Virus record (IMG/VR): IMGVR_UViG_3300020221_001191 | DNA length: 64,000 nucleotides | Reading direction: 5' to 3' (one strand) | Source: an uncultured virus (IMG/VR IMGVR_UViG_3300020221_001191) | Lineage: Duplodnaviria > Heunggongvirae > Uroviricota > Caudoviricetes | In this document: positions 48,262 through 58,277 of the stretch, one piece after another | Numbering within the stretch: the stretch's first letter is position 1 | How the letters are laid out: the number at the start of each line of letters is the position of its first letter | Notes under the pieces: model-generated | Database searches by the model: none | The model's input: only the letters and a program-made list of their open reading frames with translations | What the model was told of the DNA's origin: nothing | Position numbers and translations under genes: made by a program

Positions 48262-49012
48262 TACATCAATCTCTGACGAAAACAACTTTAAAAACATATG
48301 TAAATTTGCATGTGAAGATAATTATATTTTTAATAATTTTAAATCTAACCCTTCATTTAATCAGATATTAGAACACACAACATATGAACAAGGAGTTGGG
48401 TATATAAACGAAATAGAAAAATTAACAAAGATAGATATGTCGTTAATTGAAAAATTTAAAACTAACGATATACAAGGTAACCCAAAACAGTTTTGGTATA
48501 AAGAACCTTATGGTAATGTATCCCCATCAACATTAAGGTATATTAAGGTTTTAAACGATTTAATCACATTATTCGGTAACCTTGACGATATGTCAATTGT
48601 GGAAATAGGTGTGGGTTACGGAGGACAATCAAAAATTATACAAGATCATTTTAATATAAAAGAATATAACTTTGTTGATTTACCTGAAGTTTTGGGACTC
48701 ACAAAAAAATATTTAGATATGTACGATTACAAAAATCTTAATTTTTTAAATTTTAATAATCTACCAAATAAAAAATACGATTTGATAATATCAAATTATG
48801 CTATTACTGAGTGTAGTAAAGAAATGCAAGACATTTACATCGAAAAGATAATTTATAATTCAAAGCATTGTTATATCACCGGAAACGATATTGGTGATCA
48901 TTTTAATTTAAAAAATTACAATAAAGATGAGTGGGGTAAAAAAATACCTAACTCAATTTTTACAGAAGAAAAACCATTAACTCACCATAAAAACTATATA
49001 TTATATTTTTAA
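48236..49012 (+). CDS. Putative sugar O-methyltransferase
   Basis: SPSTLRY, IVEIGVGYGG, DLPEV, SNYAITE. Confidence 0.7.
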   Translation: MKTENSLSNTSISDENNFKNICKFACEDNYIFNNFKSNPSFNQILEHTTYEQGVGYINEIEKLTKIDMSLIEKFKTNDIQGNPKQFWYKEPYGNVSPSTLRYIKVLNDLITLFGNLDDMSIVEIGVGYGGQSKIIQDHFNIKEYNFVDLPEVLGLTKKYLDMYDYKNLNFLNFNNLPNKKYDLIISNYAITECSKEMQDIYIEKIIYNSKHCYITGNDIGDHFNLKNYNKDEWGKKIPNSIFTEEKPLTHHKNYILYF

Positions 49013-49015
49013 ATT

Positions 49016-49810
49016 ATGGATATTTTTAATATGAAAAGTCAAATTTTTCTACACAATGGGTCATCAACTGTTAACCAAACACCGAAGTATTTTAAATGGG
49101 ATTTTTTTAATGGTACAGGTGAGTATGATTTCTATATCGATGGTGGGATTATTAATGGTATTAATAATAGATTAGACGGTAATAAAAAAGTTTTATGGAC
49201 ACTAGAATCACCGTACTTTAATAATGGGGTTTTTGATTATATAAAAAATAATTTAAAATTAGTTTTAGACGTTTTTGATTATATTTTCACATATAATGAG
49301 GAGTTATTATCGCTTAGTCAAAAGTTTTATTTTGTACCCGCAATGGGGTCATGGATAAAAGAGCCTATGATGTGTGATAAAAAAAAATTAGTATCAATGG
49401 TAACGTCAAATAAAACTTTTACAGAGCAACAAAAACTTAGGTTTGATTTCGCCAACAACCATAAAGATAAGATTGATGTGTATGGTAGAGGATTTAATGA
49501 AATACATAATAAAGAAGAAGGTTTATGTGATTATATGTTTTCCGTTTGTATTGAGAACGCAACAATGGACACATATTTTACTGAAAAAATATTAGACTGT
49601 TTTGCAACCGGAACAATACCAATTTATAAAGGGTCTAAAAAAATAATTGATTATTTTGATAAAGATGGTATTCTTTTTTTAGATGAGATAAATATTAACG
49701 ATTTAAGTGAAGATTTATATCTGTCAAAAATAGAGTCAGTTAAAAAAAATCTATATTTATGTAAAGAATTTATATTACCTGAAGATATTATATATAAAAA
49801 AATAAAATAA
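49016..49810 (+). CDS. GT10-like (alpha-1,3/4-fucosyltransferase family) glycosyltransferase
   Basis: YMFSVCIEN...YFTEKILDCF..GTIPIYKG. Confidence 0.8.
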   Translation: MDIFNMKSQIFLHNGSSTVNQTPKYFKWDFFNGTGEYDFYIDGGIINGINNRLDGNKKVLWTLESPYFNNGVFDYIKNNLKLVLDVFDYIFTYNEELLSLSQKFYFVPAMGSWIKEPMMCDKKKLVSMVTSNKTFTEQQKLRFDFANNHKDKIDVYGRGFNEIHNKEEGLCDYMFSVCIENATMDTYFTEKILDCFATGTIPIYKGSKKIIDYFDKDGILFLDEININDLSEDLYLSKIESVKKNLYLCKEFILPEDIIYKKIK

Positions 49811-49811
49811 A

Positions 49812-50501
49812 ATGAAAGTAGTTAGTTTTTCACTTTTTGGTTCGGATCCACTATACACCATAGGTGCTGTTAAGAACTCTGAATTAATGTTTAAAATATT
49901 TCCGGAATGGAAAATGTGGGTTTACCATGACGACACAGTACCAAATGAAATATTAGATAAATTAAAAAACAATAATGTTAAACTAATAAAATCCGAAAAT
50001 AATGGGTTTTATAGGTCTATGTGGAGATTCTACCCCTGTGGAAATAAATCTGTAGAATACTTTATATCTAGAGATGCTGACTCAAGGATTTCTCTAAGAG
50101 ATAGGGCATCGGTATATGAATGGATAGATTCTGGAAAAGATTTTCATATAATTAGAGACCACCCAGTTGGTCATTCGTGGGTTATTAATGCGGGTATGTG
50201 GGGTTCTAAAGGTGGGTCGATAGATATAATACCCTTGATAGACCGATATAATAATAATCCCCACGAAAAGTTTATTGACCAAATATTTTTAAGGGATATC
50301 ATTTACCCGATGACTAAAACATCTAGATTAGTGCACGATGAGTACTTTAATTATGAAGGGGATTGTCGTAAAATAATGAGAGATAGAAAAATAGATGACT
50401 TCGCATTTATTGGTGAATCTATAGACATTAACGATCAATCAAGGTATACTACAAATCCAGGGGATCAAAGAAAAACAATAATAGAAAGATACACAAATTA
50501 A
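49812..50501 (+). CDS. Putative GT-A glycosyltransferase
   Basis: SFSLFG..P.Y..GA, MWRF, SRDADSR, RDHP, AGMWG, DQIFL. Confidence 0.55.
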   Translation: MKVVSFSLFGSDPLYTIGAVKNSELMFKIFPEWKMWVYHDDTVPNEILDKLKNNNVKLIKSENNGFYRSMWRFYPCGNKSVEYFISRDADSRISLRDRASVYEWIDSGKDFHIIRDHPVGHSWVINAGMWGSKGGSIDIIPLIDRYNNNPHEKFIDQIFLRDIIYPMTKTSRLVHDEYFNYEGDCRKIMRDRKIDDFAFIGESIDINDQSRYTTNPGDQRKTIIERYTN

Positions 50502-50506
50502 AGAAA

Positions 50507-51201
50507 ATGGATTTTACTTTTGATATAGTGACTAATAAACATATAAGTGATTTGTTTGATGTGATACACTCAATAGACCAACAAAAAATCCCTAATTATG
50601 AAATTATAATAGTAGGTGGGGATATGGGGTCATATAACCATCCAAAAATTAAACATATACCGTTTAATGAATCTTCAAAAACAGGATGGATAACAAAAAA
50701 AAAAACTTAATAACTCAAAATTCTATTTTTGAAAACATAGTTTTTCTACATGATTATATCACATTTTCAGATGGCTGGTACAGTGGTCAGATATTATCAG
50801 GTAATTATTTTGACATAAGAATGGATATTATATTAAATAAAGACGGTAGTAGATTCAGAGATTGGTGTCTATGGCCTCACAATCAAATAAATCACGGACA
50901 ATCAACTGAAGACATAATTAAAAGTTCTGCACTATTACCATATGAAATAAATAATTTAAATCAATTCCAATATATATCGGGAAGTTACTGGATTTCAAAA
51001 AAGAAAGTGATGGTAGAGTTTCCACTAAATGAGGATTTGACATGGGGAGAGGCGGAAGACGTGGAATGGTCTAAAAGAGTGAGGTTACATTATACATTTA
51101 CCATGAATACTAAATCTATAGTACAATTTAAAAAACAAAAATCAGTGGTTTTTAACCTCACAACAAATGAAATAATAAAAAAATTAGATGAATTAGTATG
51201 A
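50507..51201 (+). pseudogene. GT2-like glycosyltransferase split by a frameshift in an A11 run
   Basis: ORFs 50507..50710 and 50686..51201 join as GWITKKKNLI...FLHDY if A-run 50695-50705 has 12 A. Confidence 0.75.
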
Positions 51202-52553
51202 TAAAGTTAATAATATTTGATCTAGACGGTGTTTTAGTAGATGCTAAAATTATACATTTTAATTCTTTAAATGATGCGCTAGGACCTAATTACTCTATAG
51301 ATTGGTCGGAACATTTAAGTAAATACGACGGATTAAAAACTAACCAAAAATTAGAGATGTTAACAAAAGAAAAAGGATTACCAATTGAGGATTATGACAA
51401 GGTTTGGAATGAAAAACAAAGATTAACATTATTAAAGTTAGGGTTGTTGTCTCCGTCAATTGAGTTACAAAATTGTATGAAAAAATTATCGAATGATGGT
51501 TATAAAATCGCATGTTGTAGTAATAGTATTCGTAAGACCGTATTGACGGTACTATCTAAATTGGGGATTATCGAATATTTTGATTTAATTCTATCTAATG
51601 AAGATGTTAAAAATTCAAAACCTCATCCTGAAATTTATTGGAAAGCCGTTTCTATGATGGGATATCTACCTGAAGAAACTTTAATTGTTGAGGATTCACC
51701 ATATGGTTTATTGGCCGCTAGTAGATCTAAATCGAACATAATGAGGGTAAAGTCACCAAAGGAAGTTACCTACAATAATATAAATAAACACCTTGGAGAG
51801 ACAAAAATGAACACAACACTTAAATGGAAAAATGATAAATTAAATATTTTAATTCCAATGGCCGGCGCAGGTAGTAGATTTGAACAAGCAGGATACACCT
51901 TCCCAAAACCACTAATTGAGGTTAAAAATAAACCTATGATCCAAGTAGTAGTTGAAAATTTAAATCTTGATGCGAATTATATATATGTGGTACAAAAATC
52001 ACATAGAAAAAAATACAATTTAGACATATTATTAAATTTGATAACACCCAATTGTACTATTGTTGAAACTAAAGGATTAACTGATGGTGCAGCATGTACA
52101 GCACTATTAGCGAAAGAATTTATAAATAACGAGAATCCATTATTCTTTGCAAATTCAGATCAATTTGTTGAGTGGGATTCAAATGAGTTTATGTATAAAA
52201 TGCAAGAGACTGACGCCGATGGTGGTATTGTCACCTTCACCGCAACTCACCCAAAATGGTCTTTTGCTAAAGTTGATGAAAATGGTTTGGTAACTGAAGT
52301 GGCAGAAAAAAAACCAATATCTAACACTGCGACTGTAGGATATTATTATTGGAAACATGGTTCGGATTTTGTTAAATATGCAGAACAAATGGTAAATAAA
52401 AATATAAGAGTAAATAAGGAATTTTATGTTTGTCCTGTTTTTAATGAAGCAATCAAAGACAATAAAAAAATTAGAACATTTAATATAGAAAAAATGTGGG
52501 GATTAGGGACACCTGAAGATTTAAAAAATTACTTAGAAAATTTTAAAAAATAA
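51198..52553 (+). CDS. HAD phosphatase fused to sugar nucleotidyltransferase
   Basis: FDLDGVL, KPHP, VEDS; IPMAGAGSRF, PKPLI, EKKPIS, GLGTPEDL. Confidence 0.88.
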   Translation: MIKLIIFDLDGVLVDAKIIHFNSLNDALGPNYSIDWSEHLSKYDGLKTNQKLEMLTKEKGLPIEDYDKVWNEKQRLTLLKLGLLSPSIELQNCMKKLSNDGYKIACCSNSIRKTVLTVLSKLGIIEYFDLILSNEDVKNSKPHPEIYWKAVSMMGYLPEETLIVEDSPYGLLAASRSKSNIMRVKSPKEVTYNNINKHLGETKMNTTLKWKNDKLNILIPMAGAGSRFEQAGYTFPKPLIEVKNKPMIQVVVENLNLDANYIYVVQKSHRKKYNLDILLNLITPNCTIVETKGLTDGAACTALLAKEFINNENPLFFANSDQFVEWDSNEFMYKMQETDADGGIVTFTATHPKWSFAKVDENGLVTEVAEKKPISNTATVGYYYWKHGSDFVKYAEQMVNKNIRVNKEFYVCPVFNEAIKDNKKIRTFNIEKMWGLGTPEDLKNYLENFKK

Positions 52554-52555
52554 AA

Positions 52556-53187
52556 ATGAATATCGTCATCCCAACATATAATAAACATTATCAATACAAC
52601 ATTAATTTTTTAGATTCATTTGATTTATACTGTTTAGATAAAAAAAACGATTATGTAATGTTAATTGTAGGTGAGGTTGATTGCCGAGTTCACCTACCAA
52701 AACAAATTCAATTGCAAAGTAGACCAATTGATGAGGTAATTATAGAATGTGTTGATAGATTTTTTAGAACCTATTTAGACCTAAAAGAAAGGGGATATAA
52801 TGTAATTGGTTGGGGTGGCCACCCATCAACCATATCAGGACCTAGCGAAAACCCCTCAGAACCTATTTAGACCTAAAAGAAAGGGGATATAATGTAATTG
52901 GTTGGGGTGGCCACCCATCAACCATATCAGGACCTAGCGAAAACCCCTCAGAACCTATTATTGGGGATTGTCGTTTTAGAAATACAATAAGTTTAAAATG
53001 GGACTCATATATAGAATCTTTGTTTATTGAAAACAACATACCGCACGTTTCAATAATTAAAGACCTTATAGGTATTGACGGACTAACTAAAATGAATTAC
53101 TTTATGGATTATTGTCATTTAAAACATGACTTAGTTAAAGAAATCATACAAACAAAATTTAAAGAAATTGGAATCTATGTCTACTAA
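52556..53187 (+). pseudogene. SGNH-hydrolase-like gene with GT-like N-terminus, frameshifted by a 92-bp duplication
   Basis: MNIVIPTY start, GEVDCRVH; removing one repeat copy opens the frame to MDYCHL...IYVY* at 53187. Confidence 0.7.
52766..52959 (+). repeat. 92-bp tandem duplication bounded by AGAACCTATT microhomology
   Basis: AGAACCTATT at 52766, 52858 and 52950 with identical intervening sequence. Confidence 0.95.
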
Positions 53188-53875
53188 AAAAATATTTGTT
53201 AAACAACATTTAGGATTGGGGGATAATATTGTCCATAATGGGATGGTAAGGAAGATTTCTGAGGATTACCCTGAATATGATATTTACGTACCCGCAAAAT
53301 CACACAATATAGATAATGTTAAATTTATGTATCGGGACATCAATAAGATTAAAGTTGTTGAGATAAATAACGATAATGATATGGATAGGTACACATTAAC
53401 GAATAGATTTCATAAAATAATTTCATCGTTTCTAATAGGTCAAAAAACATTTGATTATTCTAAGGACTTTGATGACTCATTTTATATGATGGCCGGATAT
53501 GACCCAAAAATCAAACACGAATATTTTCATATCGAGAGGGACATTAATGAGGAAAATAGGGTTTACCAAGAATTAATATTAAATAATAATATTAGTAATT
53601 ATGTTTTTATACACGAAAAAAAAGATGAAAACATACTAATAGATAGACGTAAAATTAATATTGATTTGCCAGTAATTTATGCGGATAGAAAATACAAAAC
53701 TTTTTCATTATTAAAGGTAATTGAAAACGCAAAAGAATGTCACATAATTAGTAGTTCTTTCCTTTCACTACTAATGTGTTATAAACTTAATAATAACGTT
53801 TTTGCCCATATGTATTCCGATAGGGTTGAACTTAGCGAATATATTAGTAAAAATGGCATAAAAGTAATTAAATAA
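53177..53875 (+). CDS. GT9-like/GT-B glycosyltransferase
   Basis: HLGLGDNIVHNG; IENAKECHIISSSF. Confidence 0.6.
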   Translation: MSTKKIFVKQHLGLGDNIVHNGMVRKISEDYPEYDIYVPAKSHNIDNVKFMYRDINKIKVVEINNDNDMDRYTLTNRFHKIISSFLIGQKTFDYSKDFDDSFYMMAGYDPKIKHEYFHIERDINEENRVYQELILNNNISNYVFIHEKKDENILIDRRKINIDLPVIYADRKYKTFSLLKVIENAKECHIISSSFLSLLMCYKLNNNVFAHMYSDRVELSEYISKNGIKVIK

Positions 53876-53896
53876 ATAAACAATTAAATAAATAAA

Positions 53897-54205
53897 ATGG
53901 CTGATACTTTAGGTAATGTTATCGACAAATTAGTTACCGTTGATATGAAGATGTGGACTAATCAAGAGTTATTATATGAAATAAGAAGAATGACTTTTGA
54001 TGAATATAAAGAAAAATATTTTAACGATGAAGAGGGAGCTCAAAAACTTTGGGAAACCTTAAAGAAAGCGACCGATCTGAATGTTCAAAGAAACCAACTA
54101 ATCAATGAAGTTGACGAAAAATTAATCGAACTAATTAACGCTAAGTTTTCAGGTGAGGATCTTGATAACGGTAAATTTTTACAACGATCTCACAAGACAT
54201 ACTAA
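53897..54205 (+). CDS. Small helical protein (DUF4254-like)
   Basis: TLGNVIDKL...W..QE...LNVQRNQLINEVD. Confidence 0.6.
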   Translation: MADTLGNVIDKLVTVDMKMWTNQELLYEIRRMTFDEYKEKYFNDEEGAQKLWETLKKATDLNVQRNQLINEVDEKLIELINAKFSGEDLDNGKFLQRSHKTY

Positions 54206-54206
54206 T

Positions 54207-54451
54207 ATGAAACAATCCCATTTAGTCTTGCCGAGTATCAAGGATTACAAATTTTTAACGATCACATATCATATGGAAATATAGATTTTATGAAAAAATA
54301 TTCTGATTTATGGAACTATATGCACAGAATATATATAGAACATAATTTTGACATATCACATGCTGAAAAAGTTTTGAAATTTTATTTAGAAAATTATGTC
54401 ACAACAGAAATAAACACAACAAGCAATATAAATTATAATATATTAAAATAA
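54207..54451 (+). pseudogene. 3' remnant of a glycan-related gene with out-of-frame ATG
   Basis: Frame TIPFSLAEY..FNDHISYGNIDFMKKYS...HAEKVLKFYL* lacks its start; ATG at 54207 is in another frame. Confidence 0.55.
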
Positions 54452-54455
54452 CATT

Positions 54456-55346
54456 ATGGAAAAGGATTTTTTATTTTTTAACTACTCTTGGGTGTGGGGA
54501 TCAACAACTTACTTTAAATATTTTGAAAAGATGGGTCATTCTATTGATATTGTTGATGAGAATACCATTCATTATTTTAACCCAACCGTTAGTTATAAAA
54601 ATGTGGTTGTTTATTTGCACGAACCGAATCAATTGCGTAGAATAAATTCTTTATTAGATAATCAACTGAGAAATAGTTTCCTTATCCAACACGACGATAC
54701 CGATGAAGAACAATTACAAAGATGGACAATCAGAGAACCTGATATATTCATGCAAAGAGAATTGACAGATAATACACATATAACAACAAAATCACCTGTT
54801 ATACCATTTCATTTCCCAATGAATAGTATATATGATGAAAATATAACAGATAAACCATATGATATATCTTTTATTGGTAACATGACAAATCCAAGAAGAA
54901 GACCTTTTGTTGATTACATTATTAATTTATCACAAACGACTTTAAGTCATCTTAATTGGTATATAGATGTTAATGGAGCAAATTACAAACCAGGATTTGC
55001 AACTGAAAACTTTAGAAATATTACAAACCAATCTAAAATTGGTCTCCATTATTTTGGTAATTCCTACGACTCAATTAGGATTTGGGAAATCCTATCTTGT
55101 AAAACCGCATTATTAATGCCAAAAATGAGAAGTCATTCCGTTGACTCAAACCACATGGAGTTGAGTAACTATGAAATATTTAATGATGATTACTCCAACC
55201 TTGAGGAAAAAATAAATTATTTGTTAGAAGACAATAGATATCTTGATTTAGGGTTAAGAGGTCATGAGGAATTTAAATCAAACCATAATATTGATAAATG
55301 TTGTGAATACTATTATAATTCAGTAATGAAAGTTGCCAGAAAATAA
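54456..55346 (+). CDS. GT-B glycosyltransferase (CgeB-like C-terminus)
   Basis: DISFIG, SKIGL...S.RIWEILSC. Confidence 0.7.
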   Translation: MEKDFLFFNYSWVWGSTTYFKYFEKMGHSIDIVDENTIHYFNPTVSYKNVVVYLHEPNQLRRINSLLDNQLRNSFLIQHDDTDEEQLQRWTIREPDIFMQRELTDNTHITTKSPVIPFHFPMNSIYDENITDKPYDISFIGNMTNPRRRPFVDYIINLSQTTLSHLNWYIDVNGANYKPGFATENFRNITNQSKIGLHYFGNSYDSIRIWEILSCKTALLMPKMRSHSVDSNHMELSNYEIFNDDYSNLEEKINYLLEDNRYLDLGLRGHEEFKSNHNIDKCCEYYYNSVMKVARK

Positions 55347-55358
55347 CTTACTGAATTT

Positions 55359-56453
55359 ATGATAAAAATCTATGAACCTTATCTAAATAAAAAAACATTA
55401 TCTTACGCTCACGAAGCGTTAGATTCTACTTGGATCTCATCTCAAGGTTATTATTTAGATGCTGCAAAAGAAAAATTGAAATCAATTTTAAATGTTAAAT
55501 GGATTGTATTAACAAATAATGGTACCACGGCAACTCATTTATTGTCAAAATCATTAATCCATAAAAACCCTAACATCAATAACATTATTTGCCCTAATAA
55601 TGTTTATGTCGCCGCTTGGAATTCATTTTTATATGATAATCATTTTAATTTAAAACCGATTGATACCGACATAAAAACTTGGAATTTTAACGAAGATTTA
55701 ATCAATCCTAAAAAAAACGACGCCATTTTAGTTGTTCACAATTTAGGTAACATAGTTAATGTACCTAAACTACAGAATAAATTTAAAAACACTTTAATTG
55801 TTGAAGATAATTGTGAGGGATTTTTGGGAAAATACGATGACCATTATTCGGGAACTAAATCACTTTGTTCTTCAGTTTCTTTTTTTGGTAATAAGACAAT
55901 AACAAGTGGTGAAGGAGGTTGTTTTATAACAAACGACGATGAAACATTCGAGTATATAAATAACATCAGAAATCAGGGTCAATCAAGTGAAAAATTTATA
56001 CATAACAATTTAGGTTATAACTATAGAATGACCAATATACAAGCAGCAATTCTATATGGTCAGTTAGAGATTATGAATGAAATTATTGATAAGAAAAATG
56101 AGATCTTTAATTTGTATCGTGAAAATCTAAAAACGTTGGACAATGTTGAATTTCAAGAAATTGAGTCAGGTACTATTCACTCAAACTGGATGTTTTCACT
56201 AAGATTTAATAATATTGATATAGACATTAAAAGGTCTTTGGAATTGCATCTATATAAAATGGGTGTTGAGACTAGGCCTATGTTTTACTCAATTAATTCA
56301 CACAAACATTTAAAAAATATAAAATCAGATAACACCATATCTGACACACTAAATTCACAGGTATTATTATTACCAAGTTCCCCTAATTTGAATAAAGGTC
56401 AAGTATTATATATTTGCAGACTAATAAAAGATTTCTTTAAATTAAAAAAATGA
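55359..56453 (+). CDS. DegT-family PLP aminotransferase, GDP-perosamine synthase-like
   Basis: WISSQG, NGTTA, SFFGNKTITSGEGG, GYNYRMTNIQAA, ETRPMFY. Confidence 0.88.
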   Translation: MIKIYEPYLNKKTLSYAHEALDSTWISSQGYYLDAAKEKLKSILNVKWIVLTNNGTTATHLLSKSLIHKNPNINNIICPNNVYVAAWNSFLYDNHFNLKPIDTDIKTWNFNEDLINPKKNDAILVVHNLGNIVNVPKLQNKFKNTLIVEDNCEGFLGKYDDHYSGTKSLCSSVSFFGNKTITSGEGGCFITNDDETFEYINNIRNQGQSSEKFIHNNLGYNYRMTNIQAAILYGQLEIMNEIIDKKNEIFNLYRENLKTLDNVEFQEIESGTIHSNWMFSLRFNNIDIDIKRSLELHLYKMGVETRPMFYSINSHKHLKNIKSDNTISDTLNSQVLLLPSSPNLNKGQVLYICRLIKDFFKLKK

Positions 56454-56884
56454 TAAAAATTTCACACAGAGGTAATATTAATGGTAAATTTGAGTCTTAT
56501 GAAAACGAACCGAACTACATTGATTTAGCAATATCAAAAGGATATGATGTTGAAGTTGACGTTTGGTTTATAGATAATATTCTTTGGTTGGGTCACGATA
56601 ACCCTCAATACGGGGTTGATTTCAATTGGTTTAAGGATAGATTATCTAAATTGTGGATACATTGTAAAGACATCGACTCAGTACTATTCTTTAAAGAATG
56701 TGGGTATGATTTTAATTATTTTTGGCACCAAGAAGACCACATAACACTTACCTCTTTAAATTTTATTTGGGCATATCCCGGAAAACAACCAATTAAGGGT
56801 AGTATTTCAGTATTACCTGAGATTAATAACGAAGATATTAATTTATGTTTAGGTGTGTGTAGTGACTTTATTGAAAATTATTAA
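56450..56884 (+). CDS. Short GDPD/PLC-like fold protein of glycan loci
   Basis: ISHRGN, EN.P.YI, VEVDVW, LGHD, WIHCK, VCSD. Confidence 0.75.
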   Translation: MIKISHRGNINGKFESYENEPNYIDLAISKGYDVEVDVWFIDNILWLGHDNPQYGVDFNWFKDRLSKLWIHCKDIDSVLFFKECGYDFNYFWHQEDHITLTSLNFIWAYPGKQPIKGSISVLPEINNEDINLCLGVCSDFIENY

Positions 56885-56891
56885 TTTCACC

Positions 56892-58277
56892 ATGTTAAAA
56901 CAAAAAAAAATTACATCAGAAAAGGATATTGAGTTACTAAGGAATCACATAGATAATAGCCCAAAAGGAACAAAAACATTTAGGTACTTTCAAAAAAGAG
57001 ATTTTTCAGTATTACAAAAACATAAAATCACTTTTTTATATTTTAATAATGGTAAATGTGTAGGTTATGGGCATTTAGATGAAGAAGATGGTAATGTATG
57101 GTTAGGGGTGATAGTTTTTGACGGAAATAATGGTATGGGGTATGGTAAATATATTGTCGAATCGTTGATTAATTCTTATAATGGTGATATACTTTTATCT
57201 GTAGATAAGGACAATATTATGGCACTAAAAATCTACAAAAATTTAAATTTTAAAATAATTAAGGAAAACGAAAAATCATATATAATGAAAAAATCTAAAA
57301 AAAATAAAGCATTAATTACAGGTATAAATGGCCAAGACGGTTCTTACTTGGCAGAACTTTTAGTAGAAAAAGGTTATGAAGTTTGGGGTACAGTTAAAAG
57401 AAATTCAGTATCAGAAACACAATCAACAAGAATTGATCATTTAAGAGACGACAATAAAATTACTTTAGAGTATGCTGACTTAACGGATATGGCCTCATTA
57501 ATTAGGGTTTTGAAGATGGTTCAACCAGATGAGGTTTATAACTTAGCCGCTCAATCTCATGTTAGAATATCATTTGATCAACCGATATACACCGCGAACG
57601 CAACGGGATTAGGTACATTAAATATGTTAGAAGCGGTTAGAATGGTTTCACCACACTCTAAAATTTATCAAGCTTCTTCTTCAGAAATGTTTGGAAATAA
57701 CATAGATAGTGACGGGTACCAAAGGGAAACTACACCCATGAATCCGGTTTCGCCGTATGGGTGTGCTAAAGTTTTTTCATATAATATATGTAGAAATTAT
57801 AGAAACTCTTATGGTATGAAAATATGGAATGGAATTTTGTTCAATCATGAATCACCAAGACGAGGAACTAACTTTGTAACAAATAAAGTAGTTAAAGCCG
57901 CAGTAAGAATTAGTTTAGGTTTACAAGACAAATTACATATTGGTAATTTATCAGCAACAAGAGATTGGGGTCACGCAAAAGATTATGTTTATGCAATGTG
58001 GTTAATGTTACAAACCGAAAAACCTGATGATTATGTTTGTGCGACAGGTATTTCACATTCAGTAAAAGACTTATGTGAATACGTATTTAGTTCATTAGGT
58101 TTAAATTATTTAGAATATATTGTTGTTGACGAAAAACATTTTAGACCCGAAGAGTTAGAAAACCTTAAAGGTGATTCATCAAAATTAAGAAAATATTTAA
58201 TGTGGCAACCTGAATACACATTTGAAACAATGTTAGCTGAAATGATTAAATATTGGTTAAAATATTATGGAAAATAA
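56892..58277 (+). CDS. gmd: GNAT acetyltransferase fused to GDP-mannose 4,6-dehydratase
   Basis: G.GYG/SVDKDNIMA..IY GNAT motifs, then ALITGINGQDGSYLAE, AAQSHV, SPYGCAK, NHESPRRG, RDWGHA. Confidence 0.92.
   Translation: MLKQKKITSEKDIELLRNHIDNSPKGTKTFRYFQKRDFSVLQKHKITFLYFNNGKCVGYGHLDEEDGNVWLGVIVFDGNNGMGYGKYIVESLINSYNGDILLSVDKDNIMALKIYKNLNFKIIKENEKSYIMKKSKKNKALITGINGQDGSYLAELLVEKGYEVWGTVKRNSVSETQSTRIDHLRDDNKITLEYADLTDMASLIRVLKMVQPDEVYNLAAQSHVRISFDQPIYTANATGLGTLNMLEAVRMVSPHSKIYQASSSEMFGNNIDSDGYQRETTPMNPVSPYGCAKVFSYNICRNYRNSYGMKIWNGILFNHESPRRGTNFVTNKVVKAAVRISLGLQDKLHIGNLSATRDWGHAKDYVYAMWLMLQTEKPDDYVCATGISHSVKDLCEYVFSSLGLNYLEYIVVDEKHFRPEELENLKGDSSKLRKYLMWQPEYTFETMLAEMIKYWLKYYGK

Noticed and set aside
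52766..52959. Direct repeat as a possible CRISPR or DGR element
   Set aside because: Two abutting identical copies, no spacers, no adenine-specific mismatches, no cas or reverse transcriptase gene in the window
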